64,000 bases of DNA from Candidatus Parcubacteria bacterium (GTDB taxonomy: Bacteria > Patescibacteriota > Minisyncoccia > Phycocordibacterales > Zambryskibacteraceae), in NCBI GenBank assembly GCA_019661865.1, contig JAIFWJ010000001.1, positions 43,290-107,289 on the forward strand, in the 5' to 3' direction. The notes below the pieces were generated by a model. The model was not told where the DNA came from, searched no databases, and saw only the letters and a list, made by a program, of their open reading frames with translations. This document shows, one piece after another, positions 1-9,938 of this stretch; positions within the stretch are counted from its first letter, which is position 1; the number at the start of each line of letters is the position of its first letter. Position numbers and translations under genes: made by a program.

Positions 1-1
1 T

Positions 2-619
2 AATCCTGTCGATCGTGCTAGAGCGTTTGAAAAACTTTCTAAGGAGTTCGGATTCAAACATGCCGAGATTGGGAAGAAAGTAGGGAAGAGCCGCGAGTAT
101 GTCTCGAACACCCTGCGTATCCTCATGCTCCCACAGACTATGCTCGATGCTCTAGCAGAAGGGAAGATTACTGAGGGTCACACTAGGCCTCTCATGATGC
201 TTATTGACCGTCCACAAGAGCAAGAAACTCTCTTTAAAGAGATAATGTTTAAGAAGCTCAATGTCCGGGAGGCAGAAGGTATTGCTCGTAAGATTGCATT
301 TGAGCGTGCCAGGAAACTTGTCGATCCAGAGCTAGTCGACATGGAAGACAGACTCAAGGAGAGTCTAGGCACTCGTGTGCGCATTGACGCACGTGAGGAG
401 GGTGGCAAGATCACCATAGACTTCTTCTCCAAGGATGACTTGGCCTCACTTCTTGATCTCATTAAGTACGGCGCGGCATCACGCGGAGATATAGAGCCGA
501 AGATTGAAGATGTGCCACCTCCCACAGAAGAAGAGAAGGTTGAGATGAGTGAGGGTAGCAAGGAAGCTATGGAGTCCGACGACCAGGATCTATACTCCGT
601 TACGCACTTCACTGTCTAG
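2..619 (+). CDS. parB: ParB/Spo0J chromosome partitioning protein, C-terminal part (5' end outside window)
   Basis: Frame open from base 2: NPVDRARAFEKLSKEFGFKHAEIGKKVGKSREYVSNTLRIL (ParB HTH), then KITEGHTRPL and the C-terminal GKITIDF dimerisation motif. Confidence 0.9.
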   Translation, partial: NPVDRARAFEKLSKEFGFKHAEIGKKVGKSREYVSNTLRILMLPQTMLDALAEGKITEGHTRPLMMLIDRPQEQETLFKEIMFKKLNVREAEGIARKIAFERARKLVDPELVDMEDRLKESLGTRVRIDAREEGGKITIDFFSKDDLASLLDLIKYGAASRGDIEPKIEDVPPPTEEEKVEMSEGSKEAMESDDQDLYSVTHFTV

Positions 620-2128
620 TTAAACTTTCCTCATCTGGCTCAAGGTATGTCTGATATGTCGCCTGGCCATGGAGGTCTTTACGAACTCAAGCCACTTCTG
701 AGAGGGCTTGGCTTTCTCTTTAGTCATCACTTCCACAATGTCTCCATTTTTAAGACTGGTATCGAGTGAGACAAGCTTACCGTTTACCTTTGACCCAACC
801 ATATGATCCCCAATGTATGAGTGGATAGTGTAGGCGAAGTCGATCGGAGTTGAGTCTACAGGGAGATCCACCACGTCACCCTTCGGTGAGAATATAAATA
901 TCCTTCTATTTAAGAAGTCACTCTTAAGTTGTTCTTTAAGATTAAGATTCTTTGGCTGGGAGGCTTGGTATGCTACCAAGTCCTTGATCCATCTCGGCAC
1001 ATCGGATGAAATACTTTTTATACCCAAGTCCTGTCCTTCATTTTTCGGCAAGAGTGAATTTACCCAAGCAAGAGTCTCATAGTCTCGGCCACTTCTGCCT
1101 TGTTTGTACTCTACATGAGATGCTATTCCGTACTCGGAATGATTGTGCATGTCGAAAGTCTTTATCTGCACTTCTACAATGTTACCGTCACCAGTGAAGA
1201 CGGTGGTGTGAAGTGCCTGATAGCCGTTCGTCTTCGGGAATGCAATGTAGTCCTTAATGCGGCCAGGAAGCGGACGCCAGAGAGAGTGTATAATGCCGAG
1301 CACTCTGTAACAGTCTTCAGTCTTCTCCACCAATATACGCAGCGCGTTGAGATCATAAACTTTCTCCAGATCTTCCTTGTGCTCGAGCTTTTTATAAAGA
1401 CTAAACAAACCCTTAACTCTGTACTCAGTGCGGATCTTCACCAGGCCTTCCTTAGCTAGAGCTTTCTTCACTGAACGGAGAAACTTCTCTAGTGTCTCGG
1501 CTTGCTCGTGGTGTTTCTGTCTTAACAGTTTTTTAATCTCTTCATAAGCTTGTTTATGTACATATGGGAATGCAAGATCCTCAAGTTCACGGTTGAGTTT
1601 TCTTATACCAAGTCTGTATGCAATGGGGGAATAGATCTCCAGAGTTTCTGTGGCTATGCGTTCCTGCTTCTCCTTCGGCACATGAGCGAGAGTGCGCATG
1701 TTGTGCAGTCTGTCTGCGAGTTTAATGATAAGAACTCGTATATCTTGCGAGATAGCTACGAAGAGTTTTCGTAAGCTCTCATTATGTCTGTCTGTACCGC
1801 GGTACTTAACCTTGCCAAGTTTAGTTACTCCGTCTACTAGGAATGCAATTTCTTTCCCAAACTCCTTTTGAATTGTCTCGAGTGTAACCTCTCTATCCTC
1901 GACTACATCGTGTAGGAGGCCTGCAGCAATAGTTGTGCCAGACATGCCGAGCTCAGCAAGTATTTTAGCTGTTTCAACTAAGTGTACTGAATATGGATCA
2001 CCAGATAGTCTGGAGTGTCCTTCGTGTGCTTTCAATACATAATTATATGCGCGCTCTACAAGTTCTATCTCCTCCCTCTCAGGAGACTGCATTTGACTCA
2101 ATATACTCAGTAAGTTTGAGTCTTTCAT
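620..2128 (-). CDS. RelA/SpoT (p)ppGpp synthetase/hydrolase (HD, SYNTH and TGS domains; no ACT domain)
   Basis: LLHDVVED, IKLADRLHNMRTL, RIKDYIAFPKTNGYQALHT and TGS motif TPIDFAYTIHS. Confidence 0.95.
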   Translation of the reverse strand: MKDSNLLSILSQMQSPEREEIELVERAYNYVLKAHEGHSRLSGDPYSVHLVETAKILAELGMSGTTIAAGLLHDVVEDREVTLETIQKEFGKEIAFLVDGVTKLGKVKYRGTDRHNESLRKLFVAISQDIRVLIIKLADRLHNMRTLAHVPKEKQERIATETLEIYSPIAYRLGIRKLNRELEDLAFPYVHKQAYEEIKKLLRQKHHEQAETLEKFLRSVKKALAKEGLVKIRTEYRVKGLFSLYKKLEHKEDLEKVYDLNALRILVEKTEDCYRVLGIIHSLWRPLPGRIKDYIAFPKTNGYQALHTTVFTGDGNIVEVQIKTFDMHNHSEYGIASHVEYKQGRSGRDYETLAWVNSLLPKNEGQDLGIKSISSDVPRWIKDLVAYQASQPKNLNLKEQLKSDFLNRRIFIFSPKGDVVDLPVDSTPIDFAYTIHSYIGDHMVGSKVNGKLVSLDTSLKNGDIVEVMTKEKAKPSQKWLEFVKTSMARRHIRHTLSQMRKV

Positions 2129-2170
2129 AAACCCATCATACTTATTAGAGTAAACAGTGCAACTATAAAT

Positions 2171-2196
2171 AAAAACGCAGCGAGTTATCGCTGCGT
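2171..2196 (-). terminator. Intrinsic terminator with the stop codon of the 2185-3633 gene in its loop
   Basis: acgcagcga-gtta-tcgctgcgt with adjacent A-run (U-tract on minus strand). Confidence 0.75.
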
Positions 2197-3633
2197 GCTC
2201 ACACTGTCCGGTATTTCATCAATGTTTTCGGCAGGGAAGTAGGTTGCAAGCTTGAGAAGAATCCTCTTTGATAAAACGAGGTCCTCTCTGAACTCGTGGA
2301 AGAGACTTACCAGAGCTGACTTCTCATTACCATGGAATTGTCCACTCTCAATGGTAGCCCAGAGCTCAAGCAAATTTCTACGATTCGACTCTCTACGCAG
2401 TTCATCCTTTCGGGTGTGTACATTGAGGTAAATTCTACTGGAAAGTACCTCTGCCTCTTCCTCGATCTTGCCCACTTCTTCCGGAGTGGATGCATTTACA
2501 ATTCTCGATCCAAAGTAACTCTTGAGCCTGTCTAGTGCCGTTTGACAGGTCTTAGAATTCCAGGGAGATTTGTTCAAAAGCCAGGCAAGCTCCTTTGGAA
2601 GGGAGGTTTCCTGAGCCATGTGGAGGAAGTGTTTGTCCCAGGCATCGAAGAGTTTCTTCGATGGAACTAGTTCTCTCCACACATCGCTTCTGCTGTTGTG
2701 ATGACTACGACGTGTCTGCCAGATGTCGTAGAGTAGAAGGATCTGTTCAGGAGTTAAGCTCCTCTGCGCAAGGGAGTTTAAAGCTGCCGAGTAAATGACG
2801 CATGGTTCGTATCCGTCCCTATCAGCGAAATTTCTCGTGAAGCTCAAGGCCTCATCAAAGTTCTCAATCTTACGAACTCTTTCACTCACAAGTATGCTAA
2901 GTTTCTGACTAATCAGATCGGTGTCGAGATATTCACTAGGAATCTCTGATTCGATCTGAAGCAGTTCCTCAATTGATTCGGTTTCCACCCACATGAACTT
3001 CCATGCGAACCGGGTGGATTGATCATGACGTGAACTAAGAGAGACTTGCTGACCCTTCATCTTCTGAAAGAGGGCCAGTCTTTCCTCGAGAGTATTCAGA
3101 CAGGAGAACTCCGACTGGAATGCATGTCTTATATCTTGAGCGAGTTCTTCCCTAGAACTGTAGACTGACACTGGGATATTATCCCCGACGAACTTGTCTG
3201 TTTCTTTGAAGAGGGTGAGAAGACGGTCCAACTTCTCTGGTGAACCATCATTAATGATGGCCTCTCTCCTTTCTAAGAAGAGAGAAGAGATTTTTTCGCT
3301 TGCAGATTCGGCTTCCTCCTCGTTTATGATTTGGAAGCCAGCCGTTGTTCCAAAGGTTTGGAAATCTTCGATCACCTGGAAGCGATCCAGATAAGCAAGG
3401 AAGAGTTCCTTACGTCGTTCTTTGTATTCCTCTAGTTCTATCTGCTCGAACTTGGAACCACACGAGTTGCTATAACTGTCTTCTGTGAATTCGCCAGAAA
3501 GCGCGGTGATCTCCTCGAAGGTCTTGGCAGATCTAACTAACCGCTGAAGTCTCGTAGATAGTCCCAAGCTAATCCTGAGTGCATCAGGACGAATACCGAG
3601 TTCACGGGCCATGCTACTAAAGTCCGCATGCAT
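2185..3633 (-). CDS. Orphan alpha-helical repeat protein, SD-led
   Basis: Long ORF; start moved to ATG 3633 (GTGAGG 5 nt upstream); recurring (T/S)xEE helix-start motif. Confidence 0.75.
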   Translation of the reverse strand: MHADFSSMARELGIRPDALRISLGLSTRLQRLVRSAKTFEEITALSGEFTEDSYSNSCGSKFEQIELEEYKERRKELFLAYLDRFQVIEDFQTFGTTAGFQIINEEEAESASEKISSLFLERREAIINDGSPEKLDRLLTLFKETDKFVGDNIPVSVYSSREELAQDIRHAFQSEFSCLNTLEERLALFQKMKGQQVSLSSRHDQSTRFAWKFMWVETESIEELLQIESEIPSEYLDTDLISQKLSILVSERVRKIENFDEALSFTRNFADRDGYEPCVIYSAALNSLAQRSLTPEQILLLYDIWQTRRSHHNSRSDVWRELVPSKKLFDAWDKHFLHMAQETSLPKELAWLLNKSPWNSKTCQTALDRLKSYFGSRIVNASTPEEVGKIEEEAEVLSSRIYLNVHTRKDELRRESNRRNLLELWATIESGQFHGNEKSALVSLFHEFREDLVLSKRILLKLATYFPAENIDEIPDSVSTQR

Positions 3634-3699
3634 TGTTGCCTCACGGATGAATGTAATGTACAAAAGCCTGCGTCCTTTCTACTCTTCTTTAGGGAAATG

Positions 3700-5904
3700 T
3701 CAATTAACATTCTTCTTTGCTTTTCTGGCGAATCCTCTTGCTTTCTTAGGTTCTTTAAGTATTTCTAAAGCGTGCTCGAGGGTGATGGTGTACACGTCGT
3801 CAGTTTTAAGAGAGCGGAAATCTTTCTGGTGCACTATGTATGGACCGAAGCGTCCGATGTTCGCCGTTATAGTCTCCCCGGTATCTGGATGCTTACCCAA
3901 CACACGGGGTAGAGATAAGTACTTTAAAGCATCTTCTAACGTTACTTCAGAGAGATTTTTAGTCTTGGGGATAGAGGCCTTGCGGGCTTTATCCTTGGAC
4001 TTACTGCCCTTACCCTTAGCCTCCTCACCGAGCTGGACATATGGGCCGAAGCGTCCTGTCTTTATAAATATGTGTTTACCAGTCTCGGGGTCGGTGCCGA
4101 TGGGTTCATCTGCTTTTATCTCATGACCATCTAAGGTTAATGATCCAACACAGTCAGGGAAGCGCGAGCAAGAGAGAAAGCGGCCTCCACGTCCAAGCTT
4201 CACGATCATAGGACTTCCGCATACTGGACATTTGAACTCACTAGGTGCATCTCCAAGATTGGTGATCTTCTCAATGTTTGCCTTATCCTTCACATCACGC
4301 GAGAACGGTCCGTAGAAGTCCTTAAGAGTTTTCTCGTATGTGCGGAGACCCTGCGCTACTTCGTCGAGTTCATCTTCCATCTCTGCGGTGAAGGAGTCGC
4401 TTATATAGTTCTGAAAATTATTTTCAAGAAATGTTGAGACCACATCACCCACATCGGTTGGCTTCAGAGCTTTGTTATCTTTCTCTACGTAACCACGATC
4501 TACAATGGTCTTAATAATAGATGCATATGTAGAAGGGCGACCGATGCCGCGCTTCTCGAGCTCTTTTATGAGACCTGCTTCTGAGTAGCGTGCTGGAGGT
4601 TGTGTCTCGAGTTCCTGTGAGTGAATATCTACAAGATTAAGCTTCTCACCAACTGTAAGCTCGGGTAATATTACTTCCTCTCCTTGAGCGGCAGGGTCTG
4701 CCTTGGTCCATCCATCGAAGAGTATGCGAGAACCATTAAGCCAGAAGTCTGGGATTTTGCTATCATTTTCTTTTGCCTCAACATTTGCCACAACTTTTGT
4801 GCGCATGATGAGAGCATCTTTCATCTGCGTAGCCAGAGTTCTCTGCCAGATCAGTTTATAAAGTCGTTTTTGCTCGTCGGTGTGACCGGCATTCTCAGCA
4901 CTCATGTGAGTAGGACGAATGGCCTCGTGTGCTTCTTGTGCATTCTTAGATTTCTTGGCGAAGACATGAGACTCGAAGTAGTTTGCACCGAACTTTTTCT
5001 CCACTATAGACCTTATGTCATTCTTGGCTTGGACTCCGAGGTTTGTCGAGTCGGTGCGCATGTATGTGATAAGTCCCGCTTCATACAGTCTCTGGGCCAC
5101 CATCATAGTGCGAGAAGGAGCGAAGCCAAGTCTCGATGATGCTGCTTGCTGAAGAGTAGAAGTGATGAAGGGTGGACGAGGAGCACGCTTTACCTGCGCT
5201 TCCTTTATATCAGTGACTTTCCAACTTCCTTTCTTACCTTCATCTAAGATTCTATCTACCTCACTTTTATCCCTAGGCTCGACCGAAGCCTCGAAGTGTA
5301 AGTGATTGTCCTTGGTGTCATGAAGCTCTGCGAAGATCTTCCAGAAGGTCTCTGGTTTGAATCCTCTGATCTCGCGCTCGCGCTCCATTATTATGCGTAG
5401 AGCAGGTGACTGCACACGGCCTGCCGAGAGTCCATAACGAACTTTCTTCCATATGAGCCCTGATAAGTCATAACCCACTAGTCGGTCAAGGACGCGACGT
5501 GCTTCTTGCGCTTCCTTTAAGTCGTTATCAATATCGCGGGGATGCTCTATAGCTTCCTCTACCGCCTCCTTAGTGATCTCATGGAAGACAATGCGCTTCG
5601 GATGTTTGAGTCCTACCGCTTCCTTTATATGCCAGGCTATGGCCTCGCCTTCACGGTCGGGGTCTGTGGCGAGTAAGACTTCACTAGCCTTCTTAGCCAA
5701 TGTTTTAATTTCTGAGATGATATGTTCCTTACCCTTCACTACTTCGTAATGGGGGATGAATCCTCCTGGCACGTCGATAGCTGCCTTCTGAGACTTGGGC
5801 AGGTCGCGCACGTGTCCGACAGATGCAACAACTTTGAAATCTTTTCCAAGATACTTTTCAATAGTCTTTGCCTTGCTTGGTGACTCTACAATAACTAACC
5901 GCAT
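3700..5904 (-). CDS. topA: DNA topoisomerase I
   Basis: LVIVESPSKAKTI, ATDPDREGEAIAWH, SAGRVQS, active-site LITYMRTDS, C4 zinc ribbon and C-terminal GRFGPY repeats. Confidence 0.97.
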   Translation of the reverse strand: MRLVIVESPSKAKTIEKYLGKDFKVVASVGHVRDLPKSQKAAIDVPGGFIPHYEVVKGKEHIISEIKTLAKKASEVLLATDPDREGEAIAWHIKEAVGLKHPKRIVFHEITKEAVEEAIEHPRDIDNDLKEAQEARRVLDRLVGYDLSGLIWKKVRYGLSAGRVQSPALRIIMEREREIRGFKPETFWKIFAELHDTKDNHLHFEASVEPRDKSEVDRILDEGKKGSWKVTDIKEAQVKRAPRPPFITSTLQQAASSRLGFAPSRTMMVAQRLYEAGLITYMRTDSTNLGVQAKNDIRSIVEKKFGANYFESHVFAKKSKNAQEAHEAIRPTHMSAENAGHTDEQKRLYKLIWQRTLATQMKDALIMRTKVVANVEAKENDSKIPDFWLNGSRILFDGWTKADPAAQGEEVILPELTVGEKLNLVDIHSQELETQPPARYSEAGLIKELEKRGIGRPSTYASIIKTIVDRGYVEKDNKALKPTDVGDVVSTFLENNFQNYISDSFTAEMEDELDEVAQGLRTYEKTLKDFYGPFSRDVKDKANIEKITNLGDAPSEFKCPVCGSPMIVKLGRGGRFLSCSRFPDCVGSLTLDGHEIKADEPIGTDPETGKHIFIKTGRFGPYVQLGEEAKGKGSKSKDKARKASIPKTKNLSEVTLEDALKYLSLPRVLGKHPDTGETITANIGRFGPYIVHQKDFRSLKTDDVYTITLEHALEILKEPKKARGFARKAKKNVN

Positions 5905-5960
5905 CGCATAACAAATACACTAGATGCATTTTTATTGCAAATTTCAAAATTCTAATTAGA

Positions 5961-6815
5961 TTAAAATGTCTTTCGAACTTCGCCCAACTCTTCCTTAATT
6001 AATCCTTTGATTTCTAAGAGCATAAGGACGCTGTTTGCCTTAGAGATTTCGAGCCTGGAAGCTCTGACCAGAGAGTCTCGGTCAGTAGGTTTATCCAGGA
6101 TCTTTATGAAAGTTTTTTCTTCATCCGTCAGGTCTTCAGTGTCAAATAAACCCAGAGTTTCTCCGCTCTTAAGTCCCAGGAGCTCCAGCACATCCTGAGA
6201 ATCTCTTATAAGTGCTGCACCTAAGCGGATAAGCATATGTGGACCTTCGGATGAAGGAGAAGAAATAGGTCCGGGCACAGCTCCAACCTCTCTATTATAT
6301 TCAGTAGCCAGCCGAGAGGTGATGAGAGTACCCGAGCGCTTCTCCGCTTCTATGACCACAGTGGCATGACACATCCCAGCCATGATTCTGTTTCTCCTCG
6401 GGAAGGCCCAAACTCCACTTGGCATTTCATCGTCGTACTCAGAGAGAAGCCCTCCACCAGACTCCACAATCTCCTCTGCCAAGTTGACATGTGAGTGCGG
6501 ATGGAGAACTTTAGTTGAAAGACCTGAGCCAGGCACAGCTATGGTCTGAAGTCCGGCCTTAAGGGCTGCCCTATGTGCTATTGAATCAATACCTAAAGCT
6601 AATCCAGAGACTATGGTAACAGGGTAACCTTGAAGTCCATATATAAGAGACTCACAAGCCTCACGTCCGTAATGTGAATACTTCCTAGAGCCGACAACCG
6701 CTAGGAGTTTGTTCTCGGGGTTTGGAAGTTCTCCCCAAAGTCTCAACTTCTCTGGTGGCTCCGGAATTTCACTTAGAAGCCCAGGCCATTCGTCCCGATT
6801 GAGCTCTCGTATCAT
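5961..6815 (-). CDS. dprA: DNA-processing protein DprA
   Basis: AVVGSR, IVSGLALGIDSIAH, FPRRNRIMAG, EAEKRSGTLIT; upstream of topA as commonly seen. Confidence 0.95.
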   Translation of the reverse strand: MIRELNRDEWPGLLSEIPEPPEKLRLWGELPNPENKLLAVVGSRKYSHYGREACESLIYGLQGYPVTIVSGLALGIDSIAHRAALKAGLQTIAVPGSGLSTKVLHPHSHVNLAEEIVESGGGLLSEYDDEMPSGVWAFPRRNRIMAGMCHATVVIEAEKRSGTLITSRLATEYNREVGAVPGPISSPSSEGPHMLIRLGAALIRDSQDVLELLGLKSGETLGLFDTEDLTDEEKTFIKILDKPTDRDSLVRASRLEISKANSVLMLLEIKGLIKEELGEVRKTF

Positions 6816-6833
6816 GTGTTATATTGTATCGTA
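6816..6833. promoter_or_regulatory. 18-bp bidirectional leaderless promoter between dprA and serS
   Basis: + strand TGtTATATT 8 nt before the serS ATG; - strand TACAAT 7 nt before the dprA ATG. Confidence 0.65.
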
Positions 6834-8099
6834 ATGTTGGATATCAAGTTTATACGAGAGAACCGGGAGCTCGTGGAGATGGCAGCTAAGAAGAAACGCA
6901 TAGAGTTCGATGTGGCACGCCTCTTGGAGGTAGATGACAAGCGTAAGACTCTCCAGGCCCGCGTTGAGGAGAAGCGGTCTGAGCAGAATGCCGGGAACAA
7001 GGAGATCGTGAGCGCCAAGGGTCCTGAGAAGACTCAGATTTTGGAGAAGATGAAGTTCGTTAAGGAGGCCATGGAGAAGGATGGAGAAGAACTTAAGAAG
7101 GTGATGCAAGAGTGGCACTCTCTCATGCTCCAAGTGCCGAATATTCCGGATATCACTGTGCCAGAAGGAGAGTCCGATGCAGATAATAAAGAGATAAAGA
7201 AACACGGTGACTTACCCAAGTTTGACTTCGAGCCTAAGTCGCACATTGAGATTATGACCGCGCTTGGCATGGTCGACTTCGAGCGAGGGATCAAGGTCTC
7301 TGGCTTCAGAGGGTATTACCTTAAGGGTGACGGAGCGCTCCTCTCCTTCGCCATATGGAATTACGCGCGGGACTTCTTCTTGAAGAAAAACTTTATACCT
7401 ATGATTGTGCCGTCCCTTGTGAAGCGTGAGTCCTTACTCGGTACAGGGTTCCTTCCACAAGGTGAAGAGGATCTTTATAAGACTCAAGATGGAGAATACT
7501 TGGCGGGTACTGGAGAAGTGGCGACCATGGGTTACCACATGGATGAGGTTCTAAGTAAGGAAGAGTTGCCGAAGAAATTTTTATCGTTCTCGCCATGCTT
7601 CAGGCGCGAGGCGGGTAGTCACTCCAAGGATGTGAAGGGGCTAATCAGAGTGCACGAATTTTATAAGTTAGAACAAGTTGTTCTCTGTGAAGCTTCTCAC
7701 GAGGAGTCGGTAAAACAGCACGAAGAGTTAAATAGAAATACAGAAGAGTTTATAGAGAGTCTCGGCATTCCTTACCACACAGTAGTAAACTGCGGTGGCG
7801 ACCTTGGCCTTGGCCAAGTGAAAAAGTATGACATCGAGCTCTGGGTGCCACTTGAAAACACTTACCGTGAGATCTCTTCAGCCTCATACTTTCATGACTT
7901 CCAGACTCGCCGATTGAATATTCGTTATAAAGACACAGATGGGAAGCTCAAGTACGCTCACTCTCTGAACTCCACCGCCATACCTACGCCTCGTATCCTG
8001 GTCTCTCTCATAGAGAACTTCCAAGAAGTCGACGGCAAGGTGAAGATCCCCAAAGTTCTCCAAGACTACATGGGGAAGAAAAAAATTGAGGTAAAATAG
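6834..8099 (+). CDS. serS: Serine--tRNA ligase
   Basis: MLDIKFIREN start, coiled-coil arm, motif 2 CFRREAGS...GLIRVHEFYKLE, YREISSAS. Confidence 0.97.
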   Translation: MLDIKFIRENRELVEMAAKKKRIEFDVARLLEVDDKRKTLQARVEEKRSEQNAGNKEIVSAKGPEKTQILEKMKFVKEAMEKDGEELKKVMQEWHSLMLQVPNIPDITVPEGESDADNKEIKKHGDLPKFDFEPKSHIEIMTALGMVDFERGIKVSGFRGYYLKGDGALLSFAIWNYARDFFLKKNFIPMIVPSLVKRESLLGTGFLPQGEEDLYKTQDGEYLAGTGEVATMGYHMDEVLSKEELPKKFLSFSPCFRREAGSHSKDVKGLIRVHEFYKLEQVVLCEASHEESVKQHEELNRNTEEFIESLGIPYHTVVNCGGDLGLGQVKKYDIELWVPLENTYREISSASYFHDFQTRRLNIRYKDTDGKLKYAHSLNSTAIPTPRILVSLIENFQEVDGKVKIPKVLQDYMGKKKIEVK

Positions 8100-8103
8100 G
8101 GTA

Positions 8104-8958
8104 ATGCGTATTGTAGGCAAGAGGTCGGCTCTTCGAACTCCGGAATTCCATAAGAAGAAGGAGTTTCAGAAGAAGGTTCGGGTTGTTCTTGGTGTTGTGC
8201 TTCTTACACTCATACTGGTAGCTCCTCTTCTAGCACTTAGGAGTAAACGTCTTCAGATTGTAAAAGTTGAGGTGAAAGGCAATAATGCAGTTAAATCAGA
8301 AGATGTGGGAAATCTGGTCAGTAAAGACTTGGAAGGAAGTTTCGCTTTCGTTATTCCTAAGTCTTCCACACTCTTTTATCCAGAGAAAAAGATAAAAGCG
8401 GACCTCCTAAGTTCATTCCCGCGCCTCTCTGCTGCCACCTTGGCTCTCAAGGGTACACATACTATCTCAGTATCCTTAGAGGAGCGTTCACCAGTAGCGA
8501 TATATTGCAAGGATGTTTCTAATAGAAACGAGCCCCAGTCTTGCTACTTTATGGATGATAGTGGATTCATATTTTCGGATGCAGCAGTGTTCTCCGGTGG
8601 TATTTACCCAGTCTTCACGAGTCAGCCCCTGCTCCAGAAACCCATGGGACAGAGTTTAGTGTCTAAGGAAGAGTTTAAAGTACTAATGAAAATATGGGCA
8701 GACATAATAAAACTCGACCTCTCGCCTAAATATATTTCCAGAGTTAATGATGAATACAGCATGGGACTTGCAAGTGCCACAAATATTTTATGGAAATCGA
8801 GCCAGGACGAGAGCGAGTTTATCTCGAACCTAGATTCTTTTCTACATTCATCCAAGACAGCCGGAGCTACACAATTAGACAATTTAGTGTATATTGACTT
8901 GCGATTTACTAATAAAGTTTTCTACAAGTTTCGAGTAGACTCTGGGGATAATATATGA
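8104..8958 (+). CDS. FtsQ/DivIB-like bitopic protein with POTRA domain
   Basis: Basic N-tail, one TM, POTRA-like VEVKGNNAV...FPRL...ISVSLEER, C-terminal YIDLRF. Confidence 0.75.
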   Translation: MRIVGKRSALRTPEFHKKKEFQKKVRVVLGVVLLTLILVAPLLALRSKRLQIVKVEVKGNNAVKSEDVGNLVSKDLEGSFAFVIPKSSTLFYPEKKIKADLLSSFPRLSAATLALKGTHTISVSLEERSPVAIYCKDVSNRNEPQSCYFMDDSGFIFSDAAVFSGGIYPVFTSQPLLQKPMGQSLVSKEEFKVLMKIWADIIKLDLSPKYISRVNDEYSMGLASATNILWKSSQDESEFISNLDSFLHSSKTAGATQLDNLVYIDLRFTNKVFYKFRVDSGDNI

Positions 8959-9926
8959 GTAATGGATTTTGGGAAAATTTAAAGAGGCCAATTTTCGTAT
9001 TGGCGCCTATGGCCGATGTTACTGACGCGGCCTTTCGTCGTATCATTAACCAATATGGTAAACCAGATATTTTCTACACTGAGTTTGTATCTGCAGACGG
9101 TCTAGCCCTTGCCAGAGAGGAGGGAAGAAAGAAACTTCTTAAAGATTTAGAATTTAGTGAGGCCGAGCATCCCATAGTTGCGCAATTCTTCACTGCTAGT
9201 CCTGAGCATATGAAGAAGGCTGCAGAGCTAGCACGGAGTTTGGGCTTCGATGGTGTAGATATAAACATGGGTTGTCCGGATACGTCTGTAGTACACCAGG
9301 GCGCGGGTGCATGCCTTATAGAAACACCTAAACTTGCTAGAGAACTTATACGAGCGGCGAAGACAGGTGCAGGAGATCTTCCTGTGTCTGTGAAGACTCG
9401 CATAGGATTCAATAAACCTGAGCTTGAAGAGTGGTTACCAGAGTTACTGAAAGAGGACCCTGCTGCAGTAATCATCCACGCACGCACTAAGAAAGAGATG
9501 TCCAAGGTTCCTGCACGTTGGGAGTTCGTAAAGCGTGCGGTAGAAATTAGAGATAATTTAAATTCTAAAACTCTCATCCTCGGTAATGGTGATGTGAAGG
9601 ATCTAGAAGAAGCCCGCAGACGAGTAAAAGAGACTGGGGCAGATGGCGTAATGCTTGGGCGTGCGATATTTGGGAACCCGTGGTTGTTTTCAGAAAAAAT
9701 TCCAACACTGAAAGAAAAACTTAAAGTATTAGTGGAGCACACAAAACTTTTTGAAGAATTGCTTGGCGAGGTGAAGAGCTTCAATATCATGAAGAAGCAT
9801 TTCAAGGCATATGTAAATGGTTTCGATGGTGCACAGGACTTGCGAGTCAGGCTTATGGAAGCTAAAGATGCAAATGAAGTAGGAGATATTGTGGATAACA
9901 TCTTTGACTCGCAGGTTATAAATTAA
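8955..9926 (+). CDS. dusB: tRNA-dihydrouridine synthase (DusB family)
   Basis: LAPMADVTD, GVDINMGCP, VSVKTRIG, GNGDV, DGVMLGR. Confidence 0.92.
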   Translation: MSNGFWENLKRPIFVLAPMADVTDAAFRRIINQYGKPDIFYTEFVSADGLALAREEGRKKLLKDLEFSEAEHPIVAQFFTASPEHMKKAAELARSLGFDGVDINMGCPDTSVVHQGAGACLIETPKLARELIRAAKTGAGDLPVSVKTRIGFNKPELEEWLPELLKEDPAAVIIHARTKKEMSKVPARWEFVKRAVEIRDNLNSKTLILGNGDVKDLEEARRRVKETGADGVMLGRAIFGNPWLFSEKIPTLKEKLKVLVEHTKLFEELLGEVKSFNIMKKHFKAYVNGFDGAQDLRVRLMEAKDANEVGDIVDNIFDSQVIN

Positions 9927-9932
9927 TACTCT
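9904..9932 (+). promoter_or_regulatory. Putative sigma70 promoter for ncRNA candidate A
   Basis: TTGACT-N17-TACTCT overlapping the 3' end of dusB. Confidence 0.5.
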
Positions 9933-9938
9933 GAAGAT

